Assembly (NCBI GenBank): GCA_963782055.1
Contig: CAWAIF010000003.1
Coordinates: 4,320,001 to 4,384,000, forward strand
DNA length: 64,000 bases
Source: an uncultured delta proteobacterium
Lineage (GTDB): Bacteria; Myxococcota_A; Polyangia; Polyangiales; Polyangiaceae
Direction of reading: 5' to 3'
A program made the translations under genes and the position numbers. Below are positions 48,272 through 57,930 of the stretch, in pieces (the stretch's first letter is position 1; the number at the start of each line of letters is the position of its first letter). The notes under the pieces were generated by a model. It was not told the origin of the DNA. It did no database searches and saw only the letters and a list, made by a program, of their open reading frames with translations.

Positions 48272-48670
<399 letters not shown>

Positions 48671-48686
48671 CGCCGCCGCGCCGGCG

Positions 48687-49637
48687 TCAGCCGAGCCACA
48701 GACCCACCGCGAAGAGGACGGCGTACAGCATCAGCACCTGGCCCGCCTGCGGTGTCATGGGGATGAGCTGCTCGTGCGTCCTTGCGCGAGAGACGCGCCG
48801 GGCGACGACGAGCGCGTACGGGGCCGACGCGAGCGGCGCGAGGACAACCGCCCCGAAGCCGCCCGCCGCGAAGAGCCACAGCGGCACCGCGTAGGCGAGG
48901 CCGAGCAGCAGCGCGTACTCCACCCGGCTGGCCCGCGGGCCGATGAGGACCGCGAGCGTGCGCTCGTCCTTCTCCCGGTCGAACTCCAGATCGCGGATGT
49001 TGTCGATGACCAGGATGTTGGTGGTGAGCGCGGCGATGGGGAGGCTCGCCGCGAAGCCCTCCCAGGTCACCGCGCGCGGGGCGAGCGCCATCGTCATGCC
49101 CGGCGAGCCGAGCGTCGCCGCCGCCTCCACGTAATAGGTGGCCATCACCGAGACGAGGCCGAAGAAGACGAAGAAGAGCGGGTCACCCAGGCCGAGGCGA
49201 TCCCCGAGCGGAAACGGCCCGGACGAGTAGAGGAGGCTCGCGGCGATGCTGGCGAGCCCGACGATCAGCACCGCCAGCCCGCCGACGTGCACGAGGTAGA
49301 GCCCTGCGAGCAGGGCGACGGCGTAGCAGCCTGCGATGGCCAGACGGAGCTGGCCGAAGGTGACGACGCCCTCGCGCAGCGCGCGAACGAAGTCGGGGTG
49401 CTCCAGGTCGTCGCCGTGGCGTCGCAGGTTGTTGTAGTTGTCGGTGACCACCCCGCCGAGCTGCACCAGCCACCCGGCGAGAAACGCCAGCAGCGCGGGG
49501 ACGAGCGCGAAGACGCCGTCGTGGTGCGCGAGCGCCGACGCGACCAGCACCGGGGCGGCGGCCGTCGGCAGGGTGTGGCGCGGGTACAGGAGCATGCCGC
49601 CCCAGACCTGGCGGCGAGTGACGGTCGTCATGGGCAT
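48687..49637 (-). CDS. menA: 1,4-dihydroxy-2-naphthoate prenyltransferase (UbiA family)
   Basis: LYSSGPFPL, GLGD..FVFFG, NILVIDNIRDLEFD....RTLAV. Confidence 0.8.
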   Translation of the reverse strand: MPMTTVTRRQVWGGMLLYPRHTLPTAAAPVLVASALAHHDGVFALVPALLAFLAGWLVQLGGVVTDNYNNLRRHGDDLEHPDFVRALREGVVTFGQLRLAIAGCYAVALLAGLYLVHVGGLAVLIVGLASIAASLLYSSGPFPLGDRLGLGDPLFFVFFGLVSVMATYYVEAAATLGSPGMTMALAPRAVTWEGFAASLPIAALTTNILVIDNIRDLEFDREKDERTLAVLIGPRASRVEYALLLGLAYAVPLWLFAAGGFGAVVLAPLASAPYALVVARRVSRARTHEQLIPMTPQAGQVLMLYAVLFAVGLWLG

Positions 49638-50695
49638 GCCGGGTAATCGGTGTAGCCGTGGGCGCCCCCTCCGTAGAACGTCGACGGGTCGGGCGCGGCG
49701 AAGGCGACGCCCGCGGCGATGCGCTCCACCAGATCGGGGTTGGCGATGTACGGGCGGCCGAAGGAGACGAGGTCCGCCTCCCCGGCCTCGATCCTGGCGC
49801 CGCCGGTCGCCGCGTCGTACCCGCCGTTGGCGACCAGGGGGCCGTGGAACCTCTCGCGCAGCGCCGGCGAGATGCGCGCGCCCGGGCCGACCGGCTCCAC
49901 GACGTGAAGGTACGCGAGGCCGAAGGCGTCCAGGGCCGCCGCGGCGTGACCGAAGGTGGCGCCGGGATCGGAGTCGCTCATCCCGCCCAGCGTGCTCACC
50001 GGCGAGAGCTGCACCCCCACGCGCCCCGCGCTCGCCTCCGCGCACACCGCGGTGACCACCTCGACGAGGAAGCGTGCGCGCCCCTCCACCGACCCGCCGT
50101 GCTCGTCCTCGCGCCGGTTGGACCCGTCGCGAAGGAACTGGTCGATGAGGTAGCCCTGCGCAGCGTGCACCTCCACCCCGTCGAACCCGGCAGCGAGCGC
50201 GCGGCGCGCCCCGGCGGCGAAGGCGTCCACCAGCCCGGCGATCTCCGTGGCCTCCAGCGCGCGCGGCACGACGAAGGGCCGCGGTCCGCTCGCCGCCTTG
50301 ACGTCCCCCGCGATCGCGATGGCGGAGGGCGCGACCGGCAGCGCGCCGCCGAGCATCTCCGGATCGGAGAACCGCCCTGCGTGCCAGAGCTGCGCGAAGA
50401 CGCGCCCGCCCTTCGCGTGCACCGCGCCGGTGACCGCGCGCCACCCGGCGACCTGCGCCTCGTCGTACAGGCCCGGGGAGCCGGGGTAGCTCGCGCCGCT
50501 CGCCGCCACGAGGCAGGCCTCGCTGACGATGAGCCCCGCGCTGGCACGCTGCGCGTAGTAGGTGGCCGCCAGCGGGCCGGGGACGTTGCCCGGGCCGGAG
50601 CGCCGCCGCGTCATGGGCGCCATCACGACGCGGTTGGGCAGGTCCAGCGTCCCCAGCCGGACCGGTCGCAGCAGCGGGTGGCTCGTCGCCTTCAT
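49628..50695 (-). CDS. nemA: Old yellow enzyme alkene reductase
   Basis: NRVVMAPMTR, QLWHAGR, GFDGVEVHAAQGYLIDQFL, YTDYP. Confidence 0.9.
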   Translation of the reverse strand: MKATSHPLLRPVRLGTLDLPNRVVMAPMTRRRSGPGNVPGPLAATYYAQRASAGLIVSEACLVAASGASYPGSPGLYDEAQVAGWRAVTGAVHAKGGRVFAQLWHAGRFSDPEMLGGALPVAPSAIAIAGDVKAASGPRPFVVPRALEATEIAGLVDAFAAGARRALAAGFDGVEVHAAQGYLIDQFLRDGSNRREDEHGGSVEGRARFLVEVVTAVCAEASAGRVGVQLSPVSTLGGMSDSDPGATFGHAAAALDAFGLAYLHVVEPVGPGARISPALRERFHGPLVANGGYDAATGGARIEAGEADLVSFGRPYIANPDLVERIAAGVAFAAPDPSTFYGGGAHGYTDYPACP

Positions 50696-50767
50696 GGTCC
50701 GGTGGATGCTAACTTTTCGCGCCGGCGGGTGCGAGCGCCGCGCGCGCCTTTGCCGTAGGCTCGGCGG

Positions 50768-51718
50768 GTGTCCGACTCGCTGCCGCGCATCGTCTTCGTC
50801 GTCGGGAAGGGGGGCGTGGGCCGCAGCACCGTCTCGACCGGGCTCGGGTTGATGCTGGCGGAGCGCGGCGAGCGCGTGCTGGTCCTGGAGTGGACGGTGG
50901 CGGAGGTGATCGCCCCGTGGTTCGACGAGCCGCCCGCGGGCACCGCGCCGGTGGAGGTGGCGCCGCGCCTCTCCGTCGCCAACTACCGGCTGGAGGAGGC
51001 GCTGCGCGCGTACTTCGTCGACCACCTGCACCTCCGGCTCTTCTACCGCCACGTCGTCGACGGGGCAGCGATGCGCCGGCTCATCGAGGCGGCGCCCGGC
51101 GTCGCCGAGCTGCTCTTCCTCGGGCAGCTCTGGTGGCTCACCTCCCTGGCCGAGAAGGAGGCCGGGCTCGCCTTCGATCGCATCGTGGTGGACGCGCCCG
51201 CCACCGGGCACGGCGCGTCGCTGCTGGACATGCCGATGACCCTCGCGTCGATGGGCGCCACCGGCCTGCTCGGCCGCGAGGTGGAGCGGGTGACCACGAT
51301 GATGCGCGACGCGGCGTGGACGGGCGCGCTCGTCGTGTCGCTGCCGGAGGAGCTCGCCGTCGAGGAGACGCTGGAGCTCGTGCCCCGCGCGACCCGCGGC
51401 ATGGGGCGCCCACCGCTCGCCCTGCTGGTCAACCGCAGCGTGACGCGGGTGATGAGCGACGAGGAGCGGCCCTCGTGGCTCGGCGCCCTCCGCGAGCACC
51501 TCTCACCCCCCGCGCGCGACGCGATCACCACGCTGCATGCCGGCCTGCGCGGGCGCGTGGTGCGCGAGGCGGGCCTGCGGCGCGCGCTCGCGGACGCCAC
51601 CCGGTGGGGGACCTTCTCCCTCGAGGAGCAGCTCGCCGTGTCGGGCAAGACGCGCCCGCGCGAGGTCGTGGAGGCGGTCGCCGCGGAGCTCGCCGGTCAC
51701 CTCGGGGGACGCGCGTGA
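50768..51718 (+). CDS. ArsA/Get3-like ATPase, subunit 1
   Basis: GKGGVGRST, PGVAEL, VVDAPATGH, LPEELAVEET. Confidence 0.88.
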   Translation: MSDSLPRIVFVVGKGGVGRSTVSTGLGLMLAERGERVLVLEWTVAEVIAPWFDEPPAGTAPVEVAPRLSVANYRLEEALRAYFVDHLHLRLFYRHVVDGAAMRRLIEAAPGVAELLFLGQLWWLTSLAEKEAGLAFDRIVVDAPATGHGASLLDMPMTLASMGATGLLGREVERVTTMMRDAAWTGALVVSLPEELAVEETLELVPRATRGMGRPPLALLVNRSVTRVMSDEERPSWLGALREHLSPPARDAITTLHAGLRGRVVREAGLRRALADATRWGTFSLEEQLAVSGKTRPREVVEAVAAELAGHLGGRA

Positions 51719-52770
51719 CCGCGCGCCTGCACGTCCTGCTCGGCGCCGGCGGCGTCGGCAAGACCACCCTCGCCGCGGGCTACGCCCTCGCCCTCGCGCG
51801 GCGTGGCGGGCGCGTCGGGCTGCTGGGCATCGACCCCTCCCGTCGCCTGCAGGGCGCGCTCGGCGTGGAGCTGCCCGACGTGGAGGTGCCTGTGCCGCAT
51901 GCCGGAGAGCTGCGCGCCGCCATCCTGCGGCCGGAGAAGGCGATGCGCCGGTGGGCCGCGGCGACGTGCACGGACGCCGACGCGCGCGACAGGCTCCTTC
52001 GCAACCCCTTCTTCCTCGCGCTGGCCGACCGCCTCGCCACCGCGACCGACCTGCTGGCGGCGGTGCGCGTCGCCGAGTGGGCGGAGGACGACCCCGCGCT
52101 CGACGATCTCGTCGTCGACACCGCGCCCGGGCTCAACGCGATCGAGTTCCTCAGGCGACCGCAGCGCCTCAGCGCTTTCCTCGAGGGGCATCTCGTCGCG
52201 TGGCTGCGCCGCCTCGCCGACGCCGACCGGGGCGGTCCGCTGGGCGCGGTGCTGCGCGGCGGCGCGCGGCGTGTGGTCGGCGGGCTGGCGCGTATCGGCG
52301 GTACGCGCATGCTCCTGGACCTCGCCGACTTCCTGTCTCTCGCGCGCGATCTCTTCACGCAGATGCTCGAGCGCGTGGAGGCGATGCAGCGCTGGCTCGA
52401 GGACCCGTCGACGGAGATCGTGCTCGTCACCTCGGTGAGCGACGACGCCGCGGTCGCCGCGCGGCAGATCGGCGAGGCCCTGACGGCGGTGAACCTGGCG
52501 CCGCGCGCCACCGTGATCAACCGCGCCATGCCGCCCGGGCTGGGGAAGGAGCTGGGGCGCATTCCACAGGCGGCGCTCGGTCCCGAGGCGGAGGCGCTCG
52601 TTCGCTACGTGAAGGCGTACGCGGCGATGCAGGAGCGCGTCGTGCGCGCGGTGACGCCGCTCTCGTCGAGGGTCGTCGTCATGCCCGCGAGCCCCGGCCT
52701 GGACGAGGCGGACCGCGCCGAGGCGCTGGCGGGGCTCGGGGCGCGTCTGCTCGACGCCCTCGTGCCGTGA
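51715..52770 (+). CDS. ArsA/Get3-like ATPase, subunit 2
   Basis: GAGGVGKTT, IDPSRRL..ALG, VVDTAP. Confidence 0.88.
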   Translation: MTARLHVLLGAGGVGKTTLAAGYALALARRGGRVGLLGIDPSRRLQGALGVELPDVEVPVPHAGELRAAILRPEKAMRRWAAATCTDADARDRLLRNPFFLALADRLATATDLLAAVRVAEWAEDDPALDDLVVDTAPGLNAIEFLRRPQRLSAFLEGHLVAWLRRLADADRGGPLGAVLRGGARRVVGGLARIGGTRMLLDLADFLSLARDLFTQMLERVEAMQRWLEDPSTEIVLVTSVSDDAAVAARQIGEALTAVNLAPRATVINRAMPPGLGKELGRIPQAALGPEAEALVRYVKAYAAMQERVVRAVTPLSSRVVVMPASPGLDEADRAEALAGLGARLLDALVP

Positions 52771-52814
52771 CCGCGCCCGGCGTGCAGGCCAGCGGGCGCC
52801 CGGCGGCGCGGCCC

Positions 52815-53291
52815 CTACCCGCCCGCGCGCGCCAGCAGCTCCTCCCGCGTCATGCGCGTCGGGTCGGCGGGCAGCGCGGCGCCCCCCAGCGCCACCCCGC
52901 TCGCGTAGCGCCACGCGCCACCCTCGCGGACGAAGGTGGATAGCTCGGCGAGCGACCGGTCCGCGCCCTTCTCGAAGATGCGCGCGTAGAAGAGCACCTC
53001 CCCCGTGCCGCCCTCCTCCGATGCATGCATGATACACAGACCGAGGAAGCGCTGCCGCACCCGCGCCTCCGCCAGGGCGCGGGCCAGCTCGGCCTCGGGC
53101 AGGACGCGGTCGGGGTGCTCCCGCGCGAGCGTCCGGACGAGGTACTCGCCGAGCCCGAGCGCGAACGCCGCGTAGCGCGATCGCATCAGCTCCTCCGGCG
53201 TCGCCGCCTCCCGCTCGGCCCGGTGCAGCGGCCCGCAGCACGCCGCGTAGCGGCGCCCGGAGTGGCAGGGGCAGTCACGCGGAGGGGACAC
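52815..53291 (-). CDS. ychJ: YchJ family protein (SEC-C + NTF2-like)
   Basis: CPCHSG..Y..CC.PLH; TPEELMRSRYAAF; E.S.F......W.Y. Confidence 0.9.
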   Translation of the reverse strand: MSPPRDCPCHSGRRYAACCGPLHRAEREAATPEELMRSRYAAFALGLGEYLVRTLAREHPDRVLPEAELARALAEARVRQRFLGLCIMHASEEGGTGEVLFYARIFEKGADRSLAELSTFVREGGAWRYASGVALGGAALPADPTRMTREELLARAGG

Positions 53292-53326
53292 GCCGCCAGC
53301 ATAGGTGATACGCCTCCGGTTCGACC

Positions 53327-53803
53327 ATGGCGCTCTCCAAGCCCGCCCTCAAGGACGAGCTCGCCGCCCTGCTGCGCGGTGATCTCGCCGCCGTCGAGCA
53401 AGCCCACCGCACGACGCGCGAAGGCGTCACGCACGAGGAGGCGCGCCCGGAGAACGACAAGGACACCCGCGCCCTGGAGCAATCGTACCTCGCGCGTGGC
53501 CAGGCGATGCGCGCGCTCGAGCTGCGCACCGCCGTCGCGGAGGTCCAGGCGATGCCGCTGCGCGCCACGCCCGAGGGTCCCGTCACCCTGGGCGCGCTGG
53601 TGACGGTGGAGGAGGAGGGCGCGGAGCAGACGCTCTTCATCGCGCCGCAGGGCGGCGGGAGTCGCCTCGCGGGGGGACGGGTGCAGGTGGTCACGCCCCG
53701 CTCCCCCCTCGGCCGCGCGCTGCTCGGACACCGCGCGGGCGACGACTGCACCGTCACGCTCGCCGGACGCGTGCGCGAGCTCGTCGTCGTGCGCGTGGAC
53801 TGA
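53327..53803 (+). CDS. GreA/GreB-domain protein
   Basis: ENDKDTRALE.SYLA.GQ; VVTPRSPLGRALLG. Confidence 0.85.
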   Translation: MALSKPALKDELAALLRGDLAAVEQAHRTTREGVTHEEARPENDKDTRALEQSYLARGQAMRALELRTAVAEVQAMPLRATPEGPVTLGALVTVEEEGAEQTLFIAPQGGGSRLAGGRVQVVTPRSPLGRALLGHRAGDDCTVTLAGRVRELVVVRVD

Positions 53804-53834
53804 CTCAGCTCGCCTGAAGCGGCGGAGGGACGCC

Positions 53835-54266
53835 TCAGGTGGAATGACGCGGCCGGCGGCGCACGTGGGCCCCGTCGGAGGTCTCGCTGCGCAGCTTGCG
53901 GCCGCTATGCAGCGTCCCCACCGCGGAGACGAAGATGAGGATCTCGGTGGCGACCTTCACCGACGCGTGCGACGGCGTCATGTGGAACACCAGCTCGGAG
54001 AAGCGCACGGTGAACCACTCGTCGACATGGGCCGCCGGCGCCCCGGAGGAGTGCTGCCAGAGGAAGCGCGCGAGGGTGGTGAGCACGCACTCGTTCAGCA
54101 GCCACTGCGACAGCACGTTGACGATGATGAACCCGATCGCGAACACGCCGTAGACGCGGGTGACCCGCGGCCAGCGGTGCCAGAAGAGCAGCGGCATCCC
54201 GACCACCCAGAGCACCATCAGCAGGGCGTGCATGGCGTCAACGGCGGAGGCGAGGAGGGCGACCAC
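53835..54266 (-). CDS. DUF2784-like membrane protein
   Basis: H in TM1; ECVLTTL motif. Confidence 0.6.
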   Translation of the reverse strand: MVALLASAVDAMHALLMVLWVVGMPLLFWHRWPRVTRVYGVFAIGFIIVNVLSQWLLNECVLTTLARFLWQHSSGAPAAHVDEWFTVRFSELVFHMTPSHASVKVATEILIFVSAVGTLHSGRKLRSETSDGAHVRRRPRHST

Positions 54267-54396
54267 GTCCGGTGTAGGTGCAAGATGGCGACCAGCCGTG
54301 GAGCACGCCCGGCAGCGCGTGGCGCGCCGCGGCACGCGGCTCCGGTCGCATTCCTTGCGCCTGGATGCACCCCTCGCGCGTGTGCGAAGGGCCGCC

Positions 54397-55194
54397 TCAG
54401 CCGTGCGCGAAGCGCTCGAAGCGCGTCATCAGATCGCGGCCGCCGCGCTGGAACAGATCGCCGTGGTGGCCCCCGCGCACCTCGACGAGCGTCGCGCCGG
54501 GGATCGCGCCGGCGACGCGCTGGCCCATCCAGAACGGGACGATGCCGTCGTCGTCGCCGTGGATGACGAGGGTGGGCACGTGGATGGAGCTCGCCTTGGA
54601 CAGCGTGGCGAACTGGTCGGGCACCAGCAGGCTCGCGGGGACGATGGGCGCGCGGTCGGTCACCAGGTCGGGGATGGAGGTGTACGGCGCCACGAGCACC
54701 AGCGCGGCGCACCGCCCGCGGCGCGCCATCTCGGCGGCGACGCCGGTCCCGAGGGAAGTGCCCCAGAGCACCACGCGGTCCGGCCCCACACCGCGGGCGG
54801 CGAGCCAGTCGAGCGCGGCGGCCGCGTCGAGGTAGACCCCCTGCTCGTCCGGCGACGCCTCCCCGCGCGACATGCCGTAGCCGCGGTACTCCACCAGCAG
54901 CACCCCCATCCCGTTTGCGTGCAGCGCGCGCGCGGGCGCGAGATCGCCCGTCATGCTGTCGGAGTTGTTGTGAAAGTGCACCACGACGCGCGCGCCCGGC
55001 GGTCCGGGCAGCTCCAGCGCATGCACCGGGACACCGTCGCGCGCGATGAGCGTGCGGAGGATCGCATCCTTCGGCACCGCGCTCGCGCGCGCGCGGTCGG
55101 CGCGGAAGAGCAGCCTGCGCGAGACGTCGCGCGTGCACGCCACGAGCCCCAGCACGACGAGCAAGAGGGACAGGGTGATGCGAGCGCGACGCAC
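54397..55194 (-). CDS. Alpha/beta hydrolase
   Basis: EYRGYG, GTSLG, IHGDDD, GHH. Confidence 0.9.
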   Translation of the reverse strand: MRRARITLSLLLVVLGLVACTRDVSRRLLFRADRARASAVPKDAILRTLIARDGVPVHALELPGPPGARVVVHFHNNSDSMTGDLAPARALHANGMGVLLVEYRGYGMSRGEASPDEQGVYLDAAAALDWLAARGVGPDRVVLWGTSLGTGVAAEMARRGRCAALVLVAPYTSIPDLVTDRAPIVPASLLVPDQFATLSKASSIHVPTLVIHGDDDGIVPFWMGQRVAGAIPGATLVEVRGGHHGDLFQRGGRDLMTRFERFAHG

Positions 55195-55326
55195 TCATCA
55201 TTTCTAGATCGGCGCGCACGCCTCGGCCACGCCGAATCGCGTCGGGGGGGAAGGCTCACCCCCTCCGGGCGCACCGGGCGCGGACCCGGCGCTTGATTCG
55301 CGGCGACATCGGCGCACACTGCCGCG

Positions 55327-55761
55327 ATGCGTCTCGTACGGGCCGCGCTCGCCCTCGTGCTCCTCGCCTGCGGCGGCGCGAGCGCGCCCGCCCCGCGCAC
55401 GACGACCGCGCCGCGCCCCGATCGCTGGTCGCGGCTGAGCTGGGACGATCGCCACGACCTGATGACCTTCCTGGTGCTCCCCAACATGGCGCCGCTCTTC
55501 CAGCGCGAGCAGCGCCACCCCTTCCCCGACATGACCTGTCGCACCTGCCACGGCCAGGACGCCGAGGCGGTGCACTACGCGATGCCGCACGGGCTGCCCG
55601 CGCTCGATCCCGCGCACATGCCCGACCGCCGCTCGTCCGACCCGAAGGTCGCGCGCATGGCGGCCTTCATGGCGGACGAGGTCACGCCGCGCATGGCGGC
55701 CATGCTGGGCAAGCCGGACCTGGGCTGCTTCGACTGCCACACCAAGGGAGGCGCGCGATGA
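55327..55761 (+). CDS. Dihaem c-type cytochrome lipoprotein
   Basis: Lipobox LLAC; CRTCH and CFDCH. Confidence 0.8.
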   Translation: MRLVRAALALVLLACGGASAPAPRTTTAPRPDRWSRLSWDDRHDLMTFLVLPNMAPLFQREQRHPFPDMTCRTCHGQDAEAVHYAMPHGLPALDPAHMPDRRSSDPKVARMAAFMADEVTPRMAAMLGKPDLGCFDCHTKGGAR

Positions 55762-56642
55762 GTGGGCCTGTCGGGCGGCGTGCCGTCCTCGCCGGCGCGG
55801 TGGGCGCCGCCATCGCCGCCGCCTCCCGCCCTGCGCGCGCCGAGGGTGACGGCCTGCCGCCGGTGATCTTCGTCAGCCACGGCGCCCCCATGCTGCTCGG
55901 GGACCCCTCGCGCATCGAGGCGCTGCGCGCGTGGGGCAAGCGCCTGAGCCGGCCGCGCGGCATCCTCGCGATGACGCCGCACTACGGGAGGCGCCGGCTG
56001 GAGCTCGGCACCGTCGGCCGCGGCCACGCCATGCTCGATCTGCCAGGGTGGATCCGCCGGCAGCTCCCGCGCGGCCTCACCTACGCCACACCCCCCAACG
56101 ACGCGCTCGCCGCCCGTGTCGACGCGGTGCTCGGCGGCGTGCGGCGCGCCGGCCGCAGACCCGGCTTCGATCACACGACGTGGATGCCCCTCACCGGCCT
56201 CTTCCCCGCGGCCGACATCCCGGTGCTGGAGCTCTCCTATCCCTTCACGCCCGAGGCGGATCAGCTCGCCCTCGGCCGGCGCCTCGCGCCGCTGCGGGAG
56301 GAGGGCATCCTCCTTTTCGCGAGCGGCGGGATGACGCACAACCTGGCGTCGTTCCCCTTCGGCGGTGAGGGCAAGCCGGTCGCCGTCCCGCCGTGGGCGC
56401 GCGCCTTCGACGCGTGGGCCGCCACCGCCATCGAGCGGCTGGACGCGGAGGCCCTCGTCGACTGGCGCCGGCGGGCTCCGCAGAGCGATCTCGCCCACCC
56501 CGACGAGGGCGGCCACTTCCGCGTCATGCTGGTGGCCATGGGTTTTGCCCTCGGCGGGGCGCGACCACCGCGCCACGTCACCTTTCCGGTCACCGGCTTC
56601 GAGGCGACCCTGTCCAACCGCTGCGTCCAGCTCTCCGGCTGA
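55758..56642 (+). CDS. LigB/DODA-type extradiol dioxygenase with Tat-like signal
   Basis: FVSHGAP, GFDH..W.PL, SGG.THNL, AHP..H; N-terminal GRRAVL...ARA. Confidence 0.85.
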   Translation: MSGPVGRRAVLAGAVGAAIAAASRPARAEGDGLPPVIFVSHGAPMLLGDPSRIEALRAWGKRLSRPRGILAMTPHYGRRRLELGTVGRGHAMLDLPGWIRRQLPRGLTYATPPNDALAARVDAVLGGVRRAGRRPGFDHTTWMPLTGLFPAADIPVLELSYPFTPEADQLALGRRLAPLREEGILLFASGGMTHNLASFPFGGEGKPVAVPPWARAFDAWAATAIERLDAEALVDWRRRAPQSDLAHPDEGGHFRVMLVAMGFALGGARPPRHVTFPVTGFEATLSNRCVQLSG

Positions 56643-56724
56643 GCTGGCCGGGGATGCAGGGCTTGTGCGCCGGGCCCCGGGGGGCGCTAAGCTGGGCGGC
56701 GTTGGCTCGCGAAGCGGAGGGCGC

Positions 56725-57930
56725 ATGAGCACGCACGTCGGGGTGGGCACCAGCGTGAACCGTAAGCCTGCGCTGGCGGGGCGCGAGGCGACCCGCGCCG
56801 CGCTCCAGCCGCTCGCCGGGGAGCATCCGGCGCTGGTGCTCGCCTTCGCGACCACCGGCTACGATCAGCAGGCGCTCCTCGAGGCCATCGCCGCCGAGCT
56901 GCCGCCGGGCACCACCCTCAGCGGATGTAGCGCGGCCGGCGTCATCACACGCGCGCGCTCCGACGAGGGCTCGCACGTGGTGGGGGTCATGGCCATCGCA
57001 GCCGATGGCGTGCGGGCGCGCACGCTCGTCGCCGGGAACGCGTGCACCGACCCGCTCGCGTGCGGTCGCGATCTCGCACGGCAGATCCGCGCGTCGTCCA
57101 CCGGAAGCGACAGGGCGGTGCTGCTCTTCTCCGAGGGCCTGCGGGCCAACGTCTCCGGTGTCGTGCGCGGCTTCCACGAAGTCCTCGACGCGCTCCCGGT
57201 CGTCGGCGGGTGCGCGGGCGACGCCCTCACCTTCCAGCAGACCTACCAGTACGACGGCGCGCGCGCCGTCAGCGGGTCCGCGGCCGCGGTCGTGCTCTCC
57301 GGCGACCTGGAGGTGGAGATCGGCGTCAGCCACGGCTGCGAGCCCTTCGCGCTGGAGGAGCCGATCACCCGCGCCGAGGGCGGGTGGGTGCACGAGATCG
57401 GCGGGCGCCCCGCGTGGGACTTCTTCAAGGAGTACCTGGGCAACCTGGACACGCTCGACGCGCTCGCCATCTCCTACCTGTGCCTCGCCGAGCGCCTGGA
57501 CGAGACGTCCGGAGCCTACGGGGACTTTCTCATCCGGGTGCCGCTGGAGCTCGACAAGGAGACCGGCTCCCTCTTCTTCCCCGGCGGTCTGGAGCCGGGC
57601 ACGCGCGTGCACGTGGCCCGCCGGCGGGCCGAGCGCATCGTCGAGAACGCCAGGACGCTCTCCGCCGACATGGTCGCGCACCACGGCCGCCCGGACCTCA
57701 TGCTGCAGTTCGACTGCGCCGGCCGCGGGCGTCTCATGTTCGGGGAGGGTACGAGCGAGCGGCTCATCACGCCGGTGCAGCAGGTGGTCGGCGCCGACGT
57801 GCCGTGGCTGGGGCTGCACACCTTCGGGGAGATCGCCCCTGTCGCCGGCAAGACCCACTTCCACAACTTCACCGTCGCCTTCTGTGGCATGTACCTCGGG
57901 CGCGGCGAGGGGGGCGTCGGTGGGGGATGA
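56725..57930 (+). CDS. FIST (NosP-like) sensor protein
   Basis: GCSAAG, VGGCAGD, SHGC.P, DCAGR, G..TFGEI, HNFT. Confidence 0.9.
   Translation: MSTHVGVGTSVNRKPALAGREATRAALQPLAGEHPALVLAFATTGYDQQALLEAIAAELPPGTTLSGCSAAGVITRARSDEGSHVVGVMAIAADGVRARTLVAGNACTDPLACGRDLARQIRASSTGSDRAVLLFSEGLRANVSGVVRGFHEVLDALPVVGGCAGDALTFQQTYQYDGARAVSGSAAAVVLSGDLEVEIGVSHGCEPFALEEPITRAEGGWVHEIGGRPAWDFFKEYLGNLDTLDALAISYLCLAERLDETSGAYGDFLIRVPLELDKETGSLFFPGGLEPGTRVHVARRRAERIVENARTLSADMVAHHGRPDLMLQFDCAGRGRLMFGEGTSERLITPVQQVVGADVPWLGLHTFGEIAPVAGKTHFHNFTVAFCGMYLGRGEGGVGGG

Noticed and set aside
50768..52770. Arsenic resistance operon
   Set aside because: No arsB, acr3, arsC or arsR, and no ArsA-type Cys metal site evident
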